From: an uncultured Bacillota bacterium
GTDB lineage: Bacteria; Sysuimicrobiota; Sysuimicrobiia; Sysuimicrobiales; Segetimicrobiaceae
Reading direction: 5' to 3'
Length of the DNA: 64,000 bases
NCBI GenBank assembly: GCA_963804645.1
Contig: CAWDRG010000020.1
Location: 1-64,000, forward strand
Positions within the stretch are counted from its first letter, which is position 1; each line of letters opens with the position of its first letter. The notes under the pieces were generated by a model. It was not told where the DNA came from. It did no database searches and saw nothing but the letters and a program-made list of their open reading frames with translations. This document shows positions 9,392 to 19,115 of the stretch, piece after piece. The position numbers and the translations under genes were made by a program.

Positions 9392-10961
9392 TAGTGGACC
9401 TCCTCCTTGTCGCTGAAGTACTGGGCGCCGCGGACGTTGGCGTGCGGCGCGACCGGCCGCGCGTCCGGGGCCAGGTCGAGGGCCGTCTGATCGAGCCCCT
9501 TCTCGAGGATGGCTTTGAGGCTGCGGTAGGAGAGCGCGTGGACGGCCAGCGCGCGGGCGGCGGCCGCTTCCAGGCGCGCCTGGGGGATAATACTTGCCGA
9601 GTTGATGATGCCCACGCAGCTCCGATAGCCGTGCTCGGGGTGCGGCCGCTCGCGGAGAATCGTCTCGACCAGCTGCGCGGTGTGCGGCCCGACGTTCGGC
9701 GGCCCACCGGATCAAGCCGCTCCGGCGTCCACTCCAGATACCGTTGGTGCGCGGCGGGCCGATGCGCCGGATCGGTCGACGTAGTGGCCCCGGCCCGTAG
9801 AGCGCGGCCATGACTGGCGACGCGGCGGCCATGATGCAGCAGCTCGACGGTGCGGGCGGTGAGCCGGACGTCGACCGCGCGCCCCGAGGAGTCGGAACGG
9901 GACGCTGTAGAAATTGTGCTCGACGGTGACATGGTAATCGAACGGGACCTTGGCCTGCCGCCACTCCGCAAACTCATACGGGGTCGCGGGGAGCGGCCGC
10001 AGGGCCGGGCGGTCGAGCGTCGCCCAGAGTTGGCGGCGCGTGCCGTCGCGCTTCCGGAACGGCCGGTCATTGAGGGCTTCCCGCAGGGGCGCGATCGCCG
10101 CATTCGACGCCGCCACGCTGGTGAAGGTCCGATGGCGCAGGACGGCGAGGATCCAGCGCTCGGCGAGCTGCACACTCACTTCCGCGTTCGCATTGTCCCG
10201 GGGATGCGCCCGGGACGCGTCGGGCAGGATCACCGTGCCGTAGTGCGCGGCCCACTCGGCATACGTGCGGGTTCAGTTCGGGCTCGTACCAGCAGGCGTG
10301 GTGCGACCCCGGTCTTCGGGTTGTCGGGCATGGCCGCTTCCGGGACGCCTTGGAAATATTCGACCGCATGCGTGTGGCCGCCGATCCAATGGGGCAGCGT
10401 CTGGGCCTCGTGGGCTTCCGCAAAGATCATGGAGCTCGCGCCGAGCGCCGCGACGAAGAGCGACGCCGGGCGGATCTCGCCGGTCCGCGGATTGAGGATC
10501 GGCAGCGGCTGGCCCGGCGTAGTCGACGAACATCTTCTCGCCGGCCCGATAGGTCTGCCGGAGCACGACGTCCTGGGTCTGTCTGCCAGCTGCGGAAAGT
10601 GGACGCAGAACTGCGTGTACTGCAGGCCCGTCGGGGTGGGCCTGTTTGTACTCGAGCCACAGGAGTTGCAGCGTGACGCCTTTCCGCCGCAGCTCGCGAT
10701 CGACGACGGTCCAGTCGGGCTCTGGCCGCCGCGCGGGCGGCCCTGATTGCCCCGATAGAGCAGCCGCTCCAACGCCTCGTCGTCCAGCTCGGCCGGCAGC
10801 GGCCACTGCAACCCCGCCGCCGTCGCCCGCTGCACCACCTCATGCACACTGCCATACGACGACCCCGAGACTGCGGGCGATGGAGCGCATGCTGAGTCCC
10901 TGGGACCACTGGAGCCGAAGAATGTCCTTGATCTGCCGCATCGCGAGCCTCCGATTGCCAC
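9391..10961 (-). pseudogene. istA: IstA transposase, multiply frameshifted
   Basis: Fragments [83 protein letters not shown] spread over all three frames. Confidence 0.9.
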
Positions 10962-11069
10962 GCCCTGTCCTCCTCTCGCTCCGGTTTGAGCCTCGGAGTT
11001 GGCGAGGACGGGCGCGGGAATCCTGGGACGGTCCGTCACGCTGCCGCCCGGTGGCTCCGGCCCGGCTTC

Positions 11070-11172
11070 GGGTGATCGGGATTTACCGGAACGGGTGATC
11101 AGACTTACCAGAATGGGTGATCAGGTTCGACCGGAATGAGTGATCAGGATTTACCGGAATGGGTGATCAGTT
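11070..11172. repeat. IS21 subterminal repeats (five GGGTGATCAG...ACCGGAAT units, 22-23 bp)
   Basis: Directly visible tandem units without unique spacers. Confidence 0.85.
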
Positions 11173-11844
11173 TGGGCCAGATTCAGCACTTCGGGGGCGC
11201 CATCGCTTGGCCCCCGTGGTGACAAGAGTCGCCTCCTCGACGAGTTTTGTCGGGTCACCGGCCGGCCGGCTCCTGAGGCGTCGGCCGACACGGGTGCGCT
11301 GACGCGCGGGGCGGCCGCGCGAATATCCGAGCAAGTTGCGGCCGGCCGTCGAGCAGCTGTGGGAAGCCAGTGACTATCTCTGGTCCAAGCGCTTGGCGCC
11401 CTTTCTACCGGAACTGCTGCAGGCGCTCGAGCGGCATGAGGAGATGACGCGGGCGGCGGACCAGCGCACCGCCTTGCGCACATCAGCCCCCGCCACGATC
11501 GATCGGCTGCTGCACCCGATCCGGCGGTTGCATCGCCCGCACGGCGTCGCCACGATGCGGCCGAGCGTCGCGGCGGTGGGTGCCCGCGTACCGGTGCGGA
11601 CGTTCGGGGAGTGGACCGACGTGAAGCCGGGCGCCCTGCAAATGGATCTCGTCGCACACTGCGGGGAGAGTACGCATGGCTTTTGCCTCACCTCGCTCCT
11701 CACCGTCGATGTCGCGACAGGCCGGACCGAGTCGCGCGCCGCGTGGGGCAAGGGCTACCGGCGGGTCGGCAGTGCCGTGGCCGCGGTCCGCCAGGCGCTC
11801 CCAATGCCGCTGGTGAGCCTCCATACGGCAATGGCGGCGAGTTC

Positions 11845-12108
11845 GGGAAGAACTGATGGAGCAAAAAGACACCACCATACTGCGTCAAATGTTCTCCGGT
11901 GTAGACGACGCGCACATTCCGGGGGCCGCGACGATGGCGCAACGGGCGCTCCGAAACCACGAAAATTTCGCCTGCGCGTTAACCCTACGAAAAGCTAGAG
12001 TTATCGCGCAGGAACCAAATTCCTATGTCAGGCTGCGCGGAGCCTACCGGACAGATCTCCGGGAGCGCTGGTGGCTACTACACCAGCAAGAATGACGCCC
12101 GATTCAGG
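11845..12108 (-). mobile_element. IS1380-like left-end fragment
   Basis: Minus-strand terminus CCTGAATC at 12108; transposase N-terminus-like RNVRVVYTGEHLTQYGGVFLLHQFF truncated at ~11845. Confidence 0.6.
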
Positions 12109-12147
12109 TTCAACCTATACGGTTATCCCGGTTTTGCCTGAAGAACC
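12109..12147 (-). mobile_element. Isolated ISL3 left end (39 bp)
   Basis: 12113-12147 is identical to 3200-3234, and 12109-12112 (TTCA) equals 1114-1117. Confidence 0.9.
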
Positions 12148-12421
12148 TCAATTACGTGCTCATCCCGTGGTGCCGGCAGCAGCAGATCGGTCTGACCCGC
12201 GGGCGGCCGCATCGCAAGAACGATCAGGCCCACGTCGAACAGAAAACTTGGGTCGTGCTGCGGCGCAGCATCGGCTCGCTAACCGACGCTCGATCTTCGT
12301 GGGTGCAGGTCTCTACGTCTAGTGGCCAGGTGGAGTACTGACAGGCGGCGTGACCAATTTTCGGAAGAGGAGTGCGTGCGCCAAAATGGGAATCTCAGTT
12401 GGCTTATAGGAGGCCAAGACC

Positions 12422-13297
12422 GTGCCTAAAGCCGAAGACTTTTGCTCCATCAACGGAACCAAGCGACTAGTCGCGGACCGGCGTCTATCGAGGCAGGCCG
12501 TGGCCCTGACGCTCCGCGCCTATTTGTCTCGGATCGTTCCCTCGGTGGGTTGCGCGGCTTTGATGCTCTTGCTCGTCGCCACTCCTTTTCCAACGTTCGG
12601 AGCAGCTACGGCGCGTGCCGTGGAGCCGCTGAGCGCCGCCGAACTAGCCACTTTGCCCGACACCACGCTGGTCAAGCTCAAGACCGGCCGCACGGTCACC
12701 CTCGGAGTCCTTCGTTCAGAACACAAGCTCCGCTTGCAACGCTTCGCGGACGCCGCGAAGCTTGGGGCGCTTCTGCTGGCGACGCAGTCGAGGTCCGAGG
12801 AAAAGGAAAAAAAGGGACGTCCGGGCACGCTGGTCCCCATGAATTTTTCACTGCGAGACTTCCAGTCCACCCTCCCGCTTCCGGCGGATTTCTTGGCTTT
12901 TTGCAAAGCTGCGGCTGCTACGGCCTGCTTGTATCTTCCGGGCGTGAAGCTCTTTTCCGCAGGATCTTACAATTATCTGGACTTCGACCCTTTGATCACT
13001 GACCAGCACTTGTGTACATCGGAGGGCGGCCAACCGAACTTTGGAGCCACGAAACAGATGTTGGGTTGCGCATACTACTATCCGACCCAGTACATCCTGA
13101 AGTTCAATCCGGGGCTGCCGACGGCGCAAGGGTACCCTGTGACGCATTCGGCTAGCTGCCCGTCGCGGTTCGTTAGTTATATGGTCGATCCACACGGCGC
13201 GATTTCCTTGAATGTTGTTGACACCTCCGATGCCCTTACCTGGGGTCCCCTTACTTCGCTGAAGACCTGCGTTGTACGCGTCTTTGTCAAGAAGTAG
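12422..13297 (+). CDS. Hypothetical, probably secreted Cys-containing protein
   Basis: 291-aa ORF with AGGAGG RBS; signal-like segment LMLLLVATPFPTFGAATARA; six Cys in the mature part; true start uncertain. Confidence 0.65.
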   Translation: MPKAEDFCSINGTKRLVADRRLSRQAVALTLRAYLSRIVPSVGCAALMLLLVATPFPTFGAATARAVEPLSAAELATLPDTTLVKLKTGRTVTLGVLRSEHKLRLQRFADAAKLGALLLATQSRSEEKEKKGRPGTLVPMNFSLRDFQSTLPLPADFLAFCKAAAATACLYLPGVKLFSAGSYNYLDFDPLITDQHLCTSEGGQPNFGATKQMLGCAYYYPTQYILKFNPGLPTAQGYPVTHSASCPSRFVSYMVDPHGAISLNVVDTSDALTWGPLTSLKTCVVRVFVKK

Positions 13298-13948
13298 ACT
13301 CCCGAACGCGCTAGGTGAGATGCAATCCCGCTGCCTTCCGTCTTGCGCAGCTACGAGAAGGCGGCCCAGTTCTGCGATCAATGTCGTATATGGGCGCACA
13401 GATCGACTTACCCGTGACGTGCGCGCTTGGTCTTGTTTCTGGCGTCCTCTTGTTTGATGCCCGCTTCTTCCCAAGTTTCTACCGTGACCATGGCGCCATG
13501 CACGGCGATTGTTCTTAGTTGCGACGGCTGCGTGGAAACACGCGTTGGTGGGCGGATAACATTCTTAGCTGAAGGGCTTTCGGGATGTCCGTTAAGATTC
13601 GCGACGATGGATTCGTGGAGCACGGCAGCGGCGAATGTCCGGGAAATTCACGCTTCGACAGGCAGGGGTGAGCGCCCGCTCACCTGCGGTGGGATCGTCT
13701 CCCAGGACCCATATTCTTGTACCTCGAAGGAGTGAGGGGCAGTAGGGAGGAGAATCCGCGATGAGATCATCCGGGGCATGGAAGAGCAGTGCGCTACTCT
13801 TCGTGACCTCATTGCTCGTTGGGTCCCAAGTCAATGAGGTTCAGGCGCAACAGAATGCGATCACGGGGCCCGGAACGATCGGTGGCGCGGTTCGCTGGGC
13901 AAAGAAAGGCGCGGAGCCCACGTCCGGCCCAAACACCCGAACGCGGGG

Positions 13949-14469
13949 ATGGTCAGCCCGCTCGGGCCGACCATCCTAATCGATCCGGACGCCTGGCAGC
14001 GTGCGATGGCCGTGAACCTCGGGGTGGCGTTTGGGTGTATGAAGGCGGTTCTGCCCGGGATGCTCGCCCGGAGGTGGGGACGGATCGTGAATCTCAGCAC
14101 GGGCGCGGCGTCTGGCACCGGTATGTTCCGTGCCAATGCGTACTCGGTGAGCAAAGCGGCACTTGAAATGTTGACCGTCAATCTTGCCGCGGAACTGGCC
14201 GGCACCGGGGTCACCGTCAACGCGGTCCGGCCCGGCGGTGTTGACACCGTCATGCACGCGGAAGTGCGGGACAGCGATCCGGCCGTGATGGGGAGGCAGT
14301 CGTGGCCCGGTTCCGCGCCGCGCACGCGGGTGGGCGATTGCTTCCTCCAGAATGGCCAGCGCAGTTAATTCTGCAGATCCTTGCCGGCGATACGACCGGC
14401 GAAGTGATCGACATCAACGGCCCGCGCGGGCAGGCGCTGCTCGCCGCTCAGCTCCCAACCTCCGAATAG
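13949..14469 (+). pseudogene. Short-chain dehydrogenase/reductase fragment
   Basis: GRIVNLST, YSVSK, VTVNAVRPGGVDT are present; the N-terminal TGxxxGxG is missing; frameshift near 14310. Confidence 0.8.
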
Positions 14470-14479
14470 GGCGCGCTTC

Positions 14480-15202
14480 ATGACGCCGTGTGGTCATCTT
14501 CGGCGCTCGCGTCGGCCCCCGGGTGCCGTCCCGATCTTCCAGCGTGTCCTCCGGCGATACCTGTGGACGGTCAGCGTGGGGCTCGTCCTGTTGGTTTTCG
14601 TCAGCGCTGCCGCGCCGTCGGACGTGTTGACCTTTCCAACCTCACAGGATGTGATCGACCGAATCTTGGCCGCGGCTCGCCGGGCAGACCTCACCTCGGT
14701 GGCGATGTTGATCAAGTTTCGCATCGGAGGGCCGGAGACAACACCGCCGGCGTGCGTGTTCCAGGGGGTGCTTCATGTGGCGCCCGATCATACGGCGTTG
14801 ACATTGGCCCACTGGACGCCGAGTCCACTCTGTTGGACGCTCGAGCGGTATGTGCTTGGGCGCTTGTTCGCGGACCGCGATCACGTGAATACACTGCTTC
14901 CGTCGTTTCGGTTCGACGTGCTTGGCGAGAAGCTGGTGGACGACCATCCGTACTATCTGGTGTACGGTAGTGCGCTGACGCCCCGAAGCGATCCCCAATG
15001 GATGATCGGATGGGTGGACTATGATCGGGGGCTCATCGTGGACGGCACCATTCAGTATGCGTGGGGGGCTGTGAACTTGATGCAGGACTATGGGCTGATC
15101 GACGGCGTGTGGGTGCTCGTGCATCAGGACATCGATGTGCCGAGGTTCACGGCGTCGCTCGAGATCTCCTACAGCGAGTATCAGTTTATGTCCCACCCCT
15201 AA
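14480..15202 (+). CDS. Hypothetical exported protein
   Basis: Hydrophobic signal/anchor followed by a beta-rich-looking domain; start uncertain. Confidence 0.65.
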   Translation: MTPCGHLRRSRRPPGAVPIFQRVLRRYLWTVSVGLVLLVFVSAAAPSDVLTFPTSQDVIDRILAAARRADLTSVAMLIKFRIGGPETTPPACVFQGVLHVAPDHTALTLAHWTPSPLCWTLERYVLGRLFADRDHVNTLLPSFRFDVLGEKLVDDHPYYLVYGSALTPRSDPQWMIGWVDYDRGLIVDGTIQYAWGAVNLMQDYGLIDGVWVLVHQDIDVPRFTASLEISYSEYQFMSHP

Positions 15203-15266
15203 CGGTGGGGACGGATCGCTCGCTGCTGCCCGTGGCACCTACCGATGGCCGTGCCCGGCCGGCTCC

Positions 15267-15695
15267 CTAGCGCTCCGAGTCGTCGCGCGGGGGGATCGGT
15301 CCTGACGACGGCCCTTCGGTGCTGTCGCCCAATTCGGCAGCTTCCACCGGCGTCGCGGACATCAGTTCGGCCTTCGTCGCCTCCCACTCGTCCAGAAGGT
15401 CGACTTCGCTGGCGAATGCGCGGGCGGTGATCTGATTTCGAGCGGTATCTCGCCGGACGATGATCCCGAACGCATTCCGGACGGACGCCCAGTCTTCCTC
15501 GTCAATCTGGTCTCGCGCGACCGTTCCGTCTGCCTCCATCTGTTCCGTGAGACGCCCCGCGACATCCTCGCCGTCTCGAAGCAGCCCTGCCCACACGGTT
15601 CCCTCGAGGCTCGTGGTCTCTTCGTCGGCGTCGTCTTCCGCCAGCTCGTACAGGAGCTCCGTGAGCGGTGCGTCAATCTCGCGGCTAGTATCCAT
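15267..15695 (-). CDS. Hypothetical acidic protein
   Basis: ATG at 15695 after GGAGG; 142 aa, D/E-rich. Confidence 0.7.
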   Translation of the reverse strand: MDTSREIDAPLTELLYELAEDDADEETTSLEGTVWAGLLRDGEDVAGRLTEQMEADGTVARDQIDEEDWASVRNAFGIIVRRDTARNQITARAFASEVDLLDEWEATKAELMSATPVEAAELGDSTEGPSSGPIPPRDDSER

Positions 15696-15897
15696 CCTCA
15701 GTCCTCCCCAATGAGCTCGACGCGCGTGTTCGCTTCTACTTGGGGGAACGTCCGTCCTTGATGCGCGATGCCCGTTCGGGCGCCGCGGTTCTGCGCTTCG
15801 ACGACGCGCACGGCCGCGGGAAGGGGTGGTGCGGCGCGCGTCCCGAAGTAGTCTCGCTGTGCTGTTGCGACGACGCGACGTGCCGCGGAGGTGCACC

Positions 15898-16341
15898 GTG
15901 CTCAAGGAGTTTCGCCAGTTCGTGATGCGTGGCAACGTGGTCGATATCGCGATAGGTCTCGTCATCGGCGCGGCGTTCGGGAGGATTGTCACCTCCTTGG
16001 TCAACGACATCATCATGCCGCCGATCGGCCTGCTCTTGAAGGGCAGCGACTTCGCGAACCTGTTTATCTCGCTGCGGGGAGGCCCCTATGCGTCGCTCGC
16101 GGCCGCGAAGGCCGCCGGGGCACCCACGATCAACTACGGGCTGTTTTTGAACACGATCATCGACTTTCTGATCCTCGCCTTCGCCATCTTTCTCCTGATC
16201 CGTCAAATGAATCGCATGCAGCGGCCGCAAGCGGCTCCGGCGACGAAGGAGTGTCCGTACTGCCTCTCGGTCGTTCCGCTCAAGGCGACCCGCTGCGCGT
16301 ACTGTACCGCGGATCTGCACACCGCCTCCGCGGGCTTGTAA
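15898..16341 (+). CDS. mscL: Large-conductance mechanosensitive channel with C-terminal CxxC-CxxC tail
   Basis: [59 protein letters not shown]. Confidence 0.96.
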   Translation: MLKEFRQFVMRGNVVDIAIGLVIGAAFGRIVTSLVNDIIMPPIGLLLKGSDFANLFISLRGGPYASLAAAKAAGAPTINYGLFLNTIIDFLILAFAIFLLIRQMNRMQRPQAAPATKECPYCLSVVPLKATRCAYCTADLHTASAGL

Positions 16342-17276
16342 CTGCCGGGCCGGTGCGCTCCGCGCGCATCTCCTGCGAGGGAACAGGGGCTTGCGAGCGT
16401 GCTCGTGTCTTTCTCGCAGCGGGGCGGGTTCGCGTGCGTCGCTGCGGGGCGTGTCCCCGGTCGCCCCGCCGCGCGCGGGCGTGCCCGGGTTCGGTGACGG
16501 TGCATCTGCCGCAGGACGCCCGAATGGCTCTGCGCGGTGGGCCGTATCGTCCGGGGGGGCCGCGGGATCCGCGTCGGCGCCGGATGTCGGGACCGCGGTC
16601 AGTCTGACCACGACCTCCGGGGGCAGGGACGCGCTGTCGGCCGCGGGTCCGGTGAACACGACGTGGCCCCGTATCGGGGTGACGTCCACGTAATCTCGGC
16701 CGCCCGCCACCTGCACGTAGCGGTCGTCGATCGCGCCTCCGGTCGTCGGATCGAACCCCACCCACCCGTCGCGCCGATGCCAGATTTCGCGAAGCAGGGA
16801 CTGGACCATCTGACCCAGGCGTGTGAGGTCCTGCCGCTCGAATCGGCGGAAGAACGAGACCACGTCGGTGTAGTGCCGGCGAACAGACGGCATCGGCGGT
16901 GTTGAGCCCGGCCCCGAGCAGACGAAGGTCTCATCGAATCGATCGAGGGGCGGCGGATACCGCGAAACGGGTCCCAGCCTGGGGTGGACGACGGGAGCGC
17001 CACGCGGGTTCGTTCGAGATCGCGACAGCCCACGCCTGCCGCCGGGCGCGGGAGCGAGTGCGCGGGCCCGCCCGGCGCAAAATCTCGTCGAACGCGCTCC
17101 CGATACATGCGCTTGACGTGCCGTTTACTGCACGGTTACAGGATCTTCAACGCAGCGACAACCTCCGCGTCTAGTATGTGTGGTGTCGCGGAGGACGCGT
17201 TCGGGAGGGTTCCCCGCGGGTCGGAGTGGTTCGCAAGAGGCACGTGCACAACACATCGTTGGAGGAGGCGATTGCA

Positions 17277-17474
17277 ATGGATCGGTTGCGGAAGGCAGTG
17301 TACGGCACGCTCGCAGTGTTGACGGCAGGCGCGGTCATGGCGATGGCGTCGGGGATCGCGATGGCGCAGGATACTGGCTCGTATGGCAACGGCAGCACCA
17401 CCGCGACCGGCGGTGCGGATCTGAATCCCGCGTACCAGGTGGGGAACGCGCAGGGTGACGGCAGCGGCAAGTAG
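17277..17474 (+). CDS. Small secreted Gly-rich peptide (65 aa)
   Basis: GGAGGAGG RBS; signal peptide ending AMA|Q; 35-aa polar mature part. Confidence 0.7.
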   Translation: MDRLRKAVYGTLAVLTAGAVMAMASGIAMAQDTGSYGNGSTTATGGADLNPAYQVGNAQGDGSGK

Positions 17475-17758
17475 TGTGGTCGGACGGCCGCGGTGCCGAC
17501 CGGGCCGGCCGCGAGTCTGAACGGAGTGCAGCCGGGCGAGGCTGGTCACCTCGCCCGGCCGTGCTGTGCCCGCGCATATCGCGCGTCGCCCCCCGCGCCT
17601 GCGGCGCGCCGATCCACGCCGGCTTGGGTCGCCGGCACGCACGCCACGCGGCAATGCAGGACCTCCGCGGCACAACACGGAACCGGCTACGTGCCCCGCC
17701 GTCGCGACGACGCGATGATGACGCCGCGTCGGGGACGCCGAGAGCGGAGGTCGTCTCC

Positions 17759-18943
17759 GTGCGGATCACACGGCTCGACGCGATTCCCGTGGCAGTTCCC
17801 GATCCGCCCCTGCGCAACTCGTGGGGGGTCCACGCGCCCTCGTTCCTGCGCACGATCCTGCGCCTGCACACGGATGACGGCCTCGTGGGGCTGAGCGAGA
17901 CGTACGGTCCGGACGTCGTGACGCCGACGCAGATCGAGCGGGTGCGTCAGGTGGTGGTCGGAGGGCGTCCCGAGGACACGCAGCGGTTTGCGTACCGCCT
18001 TCGATGGCCCGAGATCGCCGGCGCGATCGAGGTCGCCTGTCTCGATCTGCTCGGCCGCGCCGCGGGACGGCGCGTGTGCGACCTGCTCGGGGGTCCGGTC
18101 CGGGACCGCGTCTCCTACGGCGCGTATCTGTTTTTCAAGTTCGCCGCGGAGGATGCGTGGGGCGAGGTGGGATCGCCGGACCAGATGGTGGCCCTGGCCG
18201 AACGCTTCGTCGAGCGGTTCGGGTTTACCACGCTGAAGGTCAAGGGCGGGGTGCTGCCGCCCTTGCAGGAAGTGGAGACCATGGTCCTGCTCCGGCGCCG
18301 GTTCGGCGTGGGATACCCGCTGCGCCTTGACCCGAATGCCGTGTGGTCGGTGGAGACGAGCCTGCGGGTCGCGTACGAGCTCGAGCGGGCCGGCGTATGG
18401 CTGGAGTTCTTGGAGGACCCCACGAGCGGCATCGCGGGCATGGCGCGGGTGCGGGAGCGCATCACCCTGCCGCTGGCGACCAACATGTGCGTGACGAACT
18501 GGGACGAGATCGCGCCGGCCGTCGAAGCTGGGGCCGTCGACGTAGTGCTGGCGGACCACCACGGCTGGGGCGGACTGCGGGCGTGCCAAGAACTTGGACG
18601 ACTCTGCGCGACGTTTCGCTGGGGCGTCGGCATGCACTCCAACAGCCATCTCGGCATTTCCATGGCGGCGATGACGCATCTCGCGAGCGTCGTGCCCACG
18701 CTGATCGCGGCGTCGGACACGCATTACCCATGGCTCGCTGACGACGTGATCACGCGCCCGTTCGTCTTCAAAGACGGCACCCTTGCGCTTCCCGAGGGAC
18801 CGGGACTGGGCGTGGACCTCGATGAGGAGCGCGTGGCGCAATACCACGAGGCATACGAGCGGGGCGCCGTACGCCAGCGTGACGATACCGCCGAGCTCGT
18901 GAAGCGCGACCCCGGGTGGCTGCCAATCAAACCCCGCTGGTAA
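17759..18943 (+). CDS. Enolase superfamily, glucarate-dehydratase-like
   Basis: KVKGGV, RLDPN, LEDP, LATNMCV, MHSNSHLG, DTHYPW; GTG start with GGAGG. Confidence 0.9.
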   Translation: MRITRLDAIPVAVPDPPLRNSWGVHAPSFLRTILRLHTDDGLVGLSETYGPDVVTPTQIERVRQVVVGGRPEDTQRFAYRLRWPEIAGAIEVACLDLLGRAAGRRVCDLLGGPVRDRVSYGAYLFFKFAAEDAWGEVGSPDQMVALAERFVERFGFTTLKVKGGVLPPLQEVETMVLLRRRFGVGYPLRLDPNAVWSVETSLRVAYELERAGVWLEFLEDPTSGIAGMARVRERITLPLATNMCVTNWDEIAPAVEAGAVDVVLADHHGWGGLRACQELGRLCATFRWGVGMHSNSHLGISMAAMTHLASVVPTLIAASDTHYPWLADDVITRPFVFKDGTLALPEGPGLGVDLDEERVAQYHEAYERGAVRQRDDTAELVKRDPGWLPIKPRW

Positions 18944-19115
18944 ATTGGCCGACGCGCCAGTGAGACTCCCGCAGCACCGGGCGGGGCTCGTGCATCCGGT
19001 GCGGTGGGTGCCGCATCGATATCATGATCGGATCGAATGGACGAAGGGTCGCGCACGGTCCACTACTAACGCGCAGGCGCTGACGGAACGAGAGCCTGCC
19101 GAAGGAGGAGTTGCG

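Larger units (their letters stand above)
8325..11188 (-). mobile_element. IS21 family element, degraded
   Basis: istA-istB remnants; terminus ...ATTCAGCA at 11188; subterminal repeats at both ends; flanking direct repeat CTTCGG(GG) at 8319-8326 and 11189-11196. Left boundary uncertain by about 2 nt. Confidence 0.9.
8283..12290 (+). pseudogene. Integrase-core (DDE, ISNCY-like) transposase interrupted twice
   Basis: MGPRSVQEYAASLRG at 8283 resumes after IS21 (KSRLLDEFCRVTG, ATIDRLL, LQMDLVAHCG, NGGEF at ~11844) and again at ~12148 (NYVLIPWC...TRGRPHRKNDQAHVEQK). Confidence 0.8.

Noticed and set aside
11070..11172. Possible CRISPR array (also 8340-8440)
   Set aside because: 22-23 bp period, no unique spacers, no cas genes; inverted counterparts at both IS21 ends identify them as transposase-binding repeats.
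15736..16893. 385-aa minus-strand ORF
   Set aside because: The 3' half is antisense to mscL. The first ~110 aa could be a real small gene, but I cannot support its boundaries.
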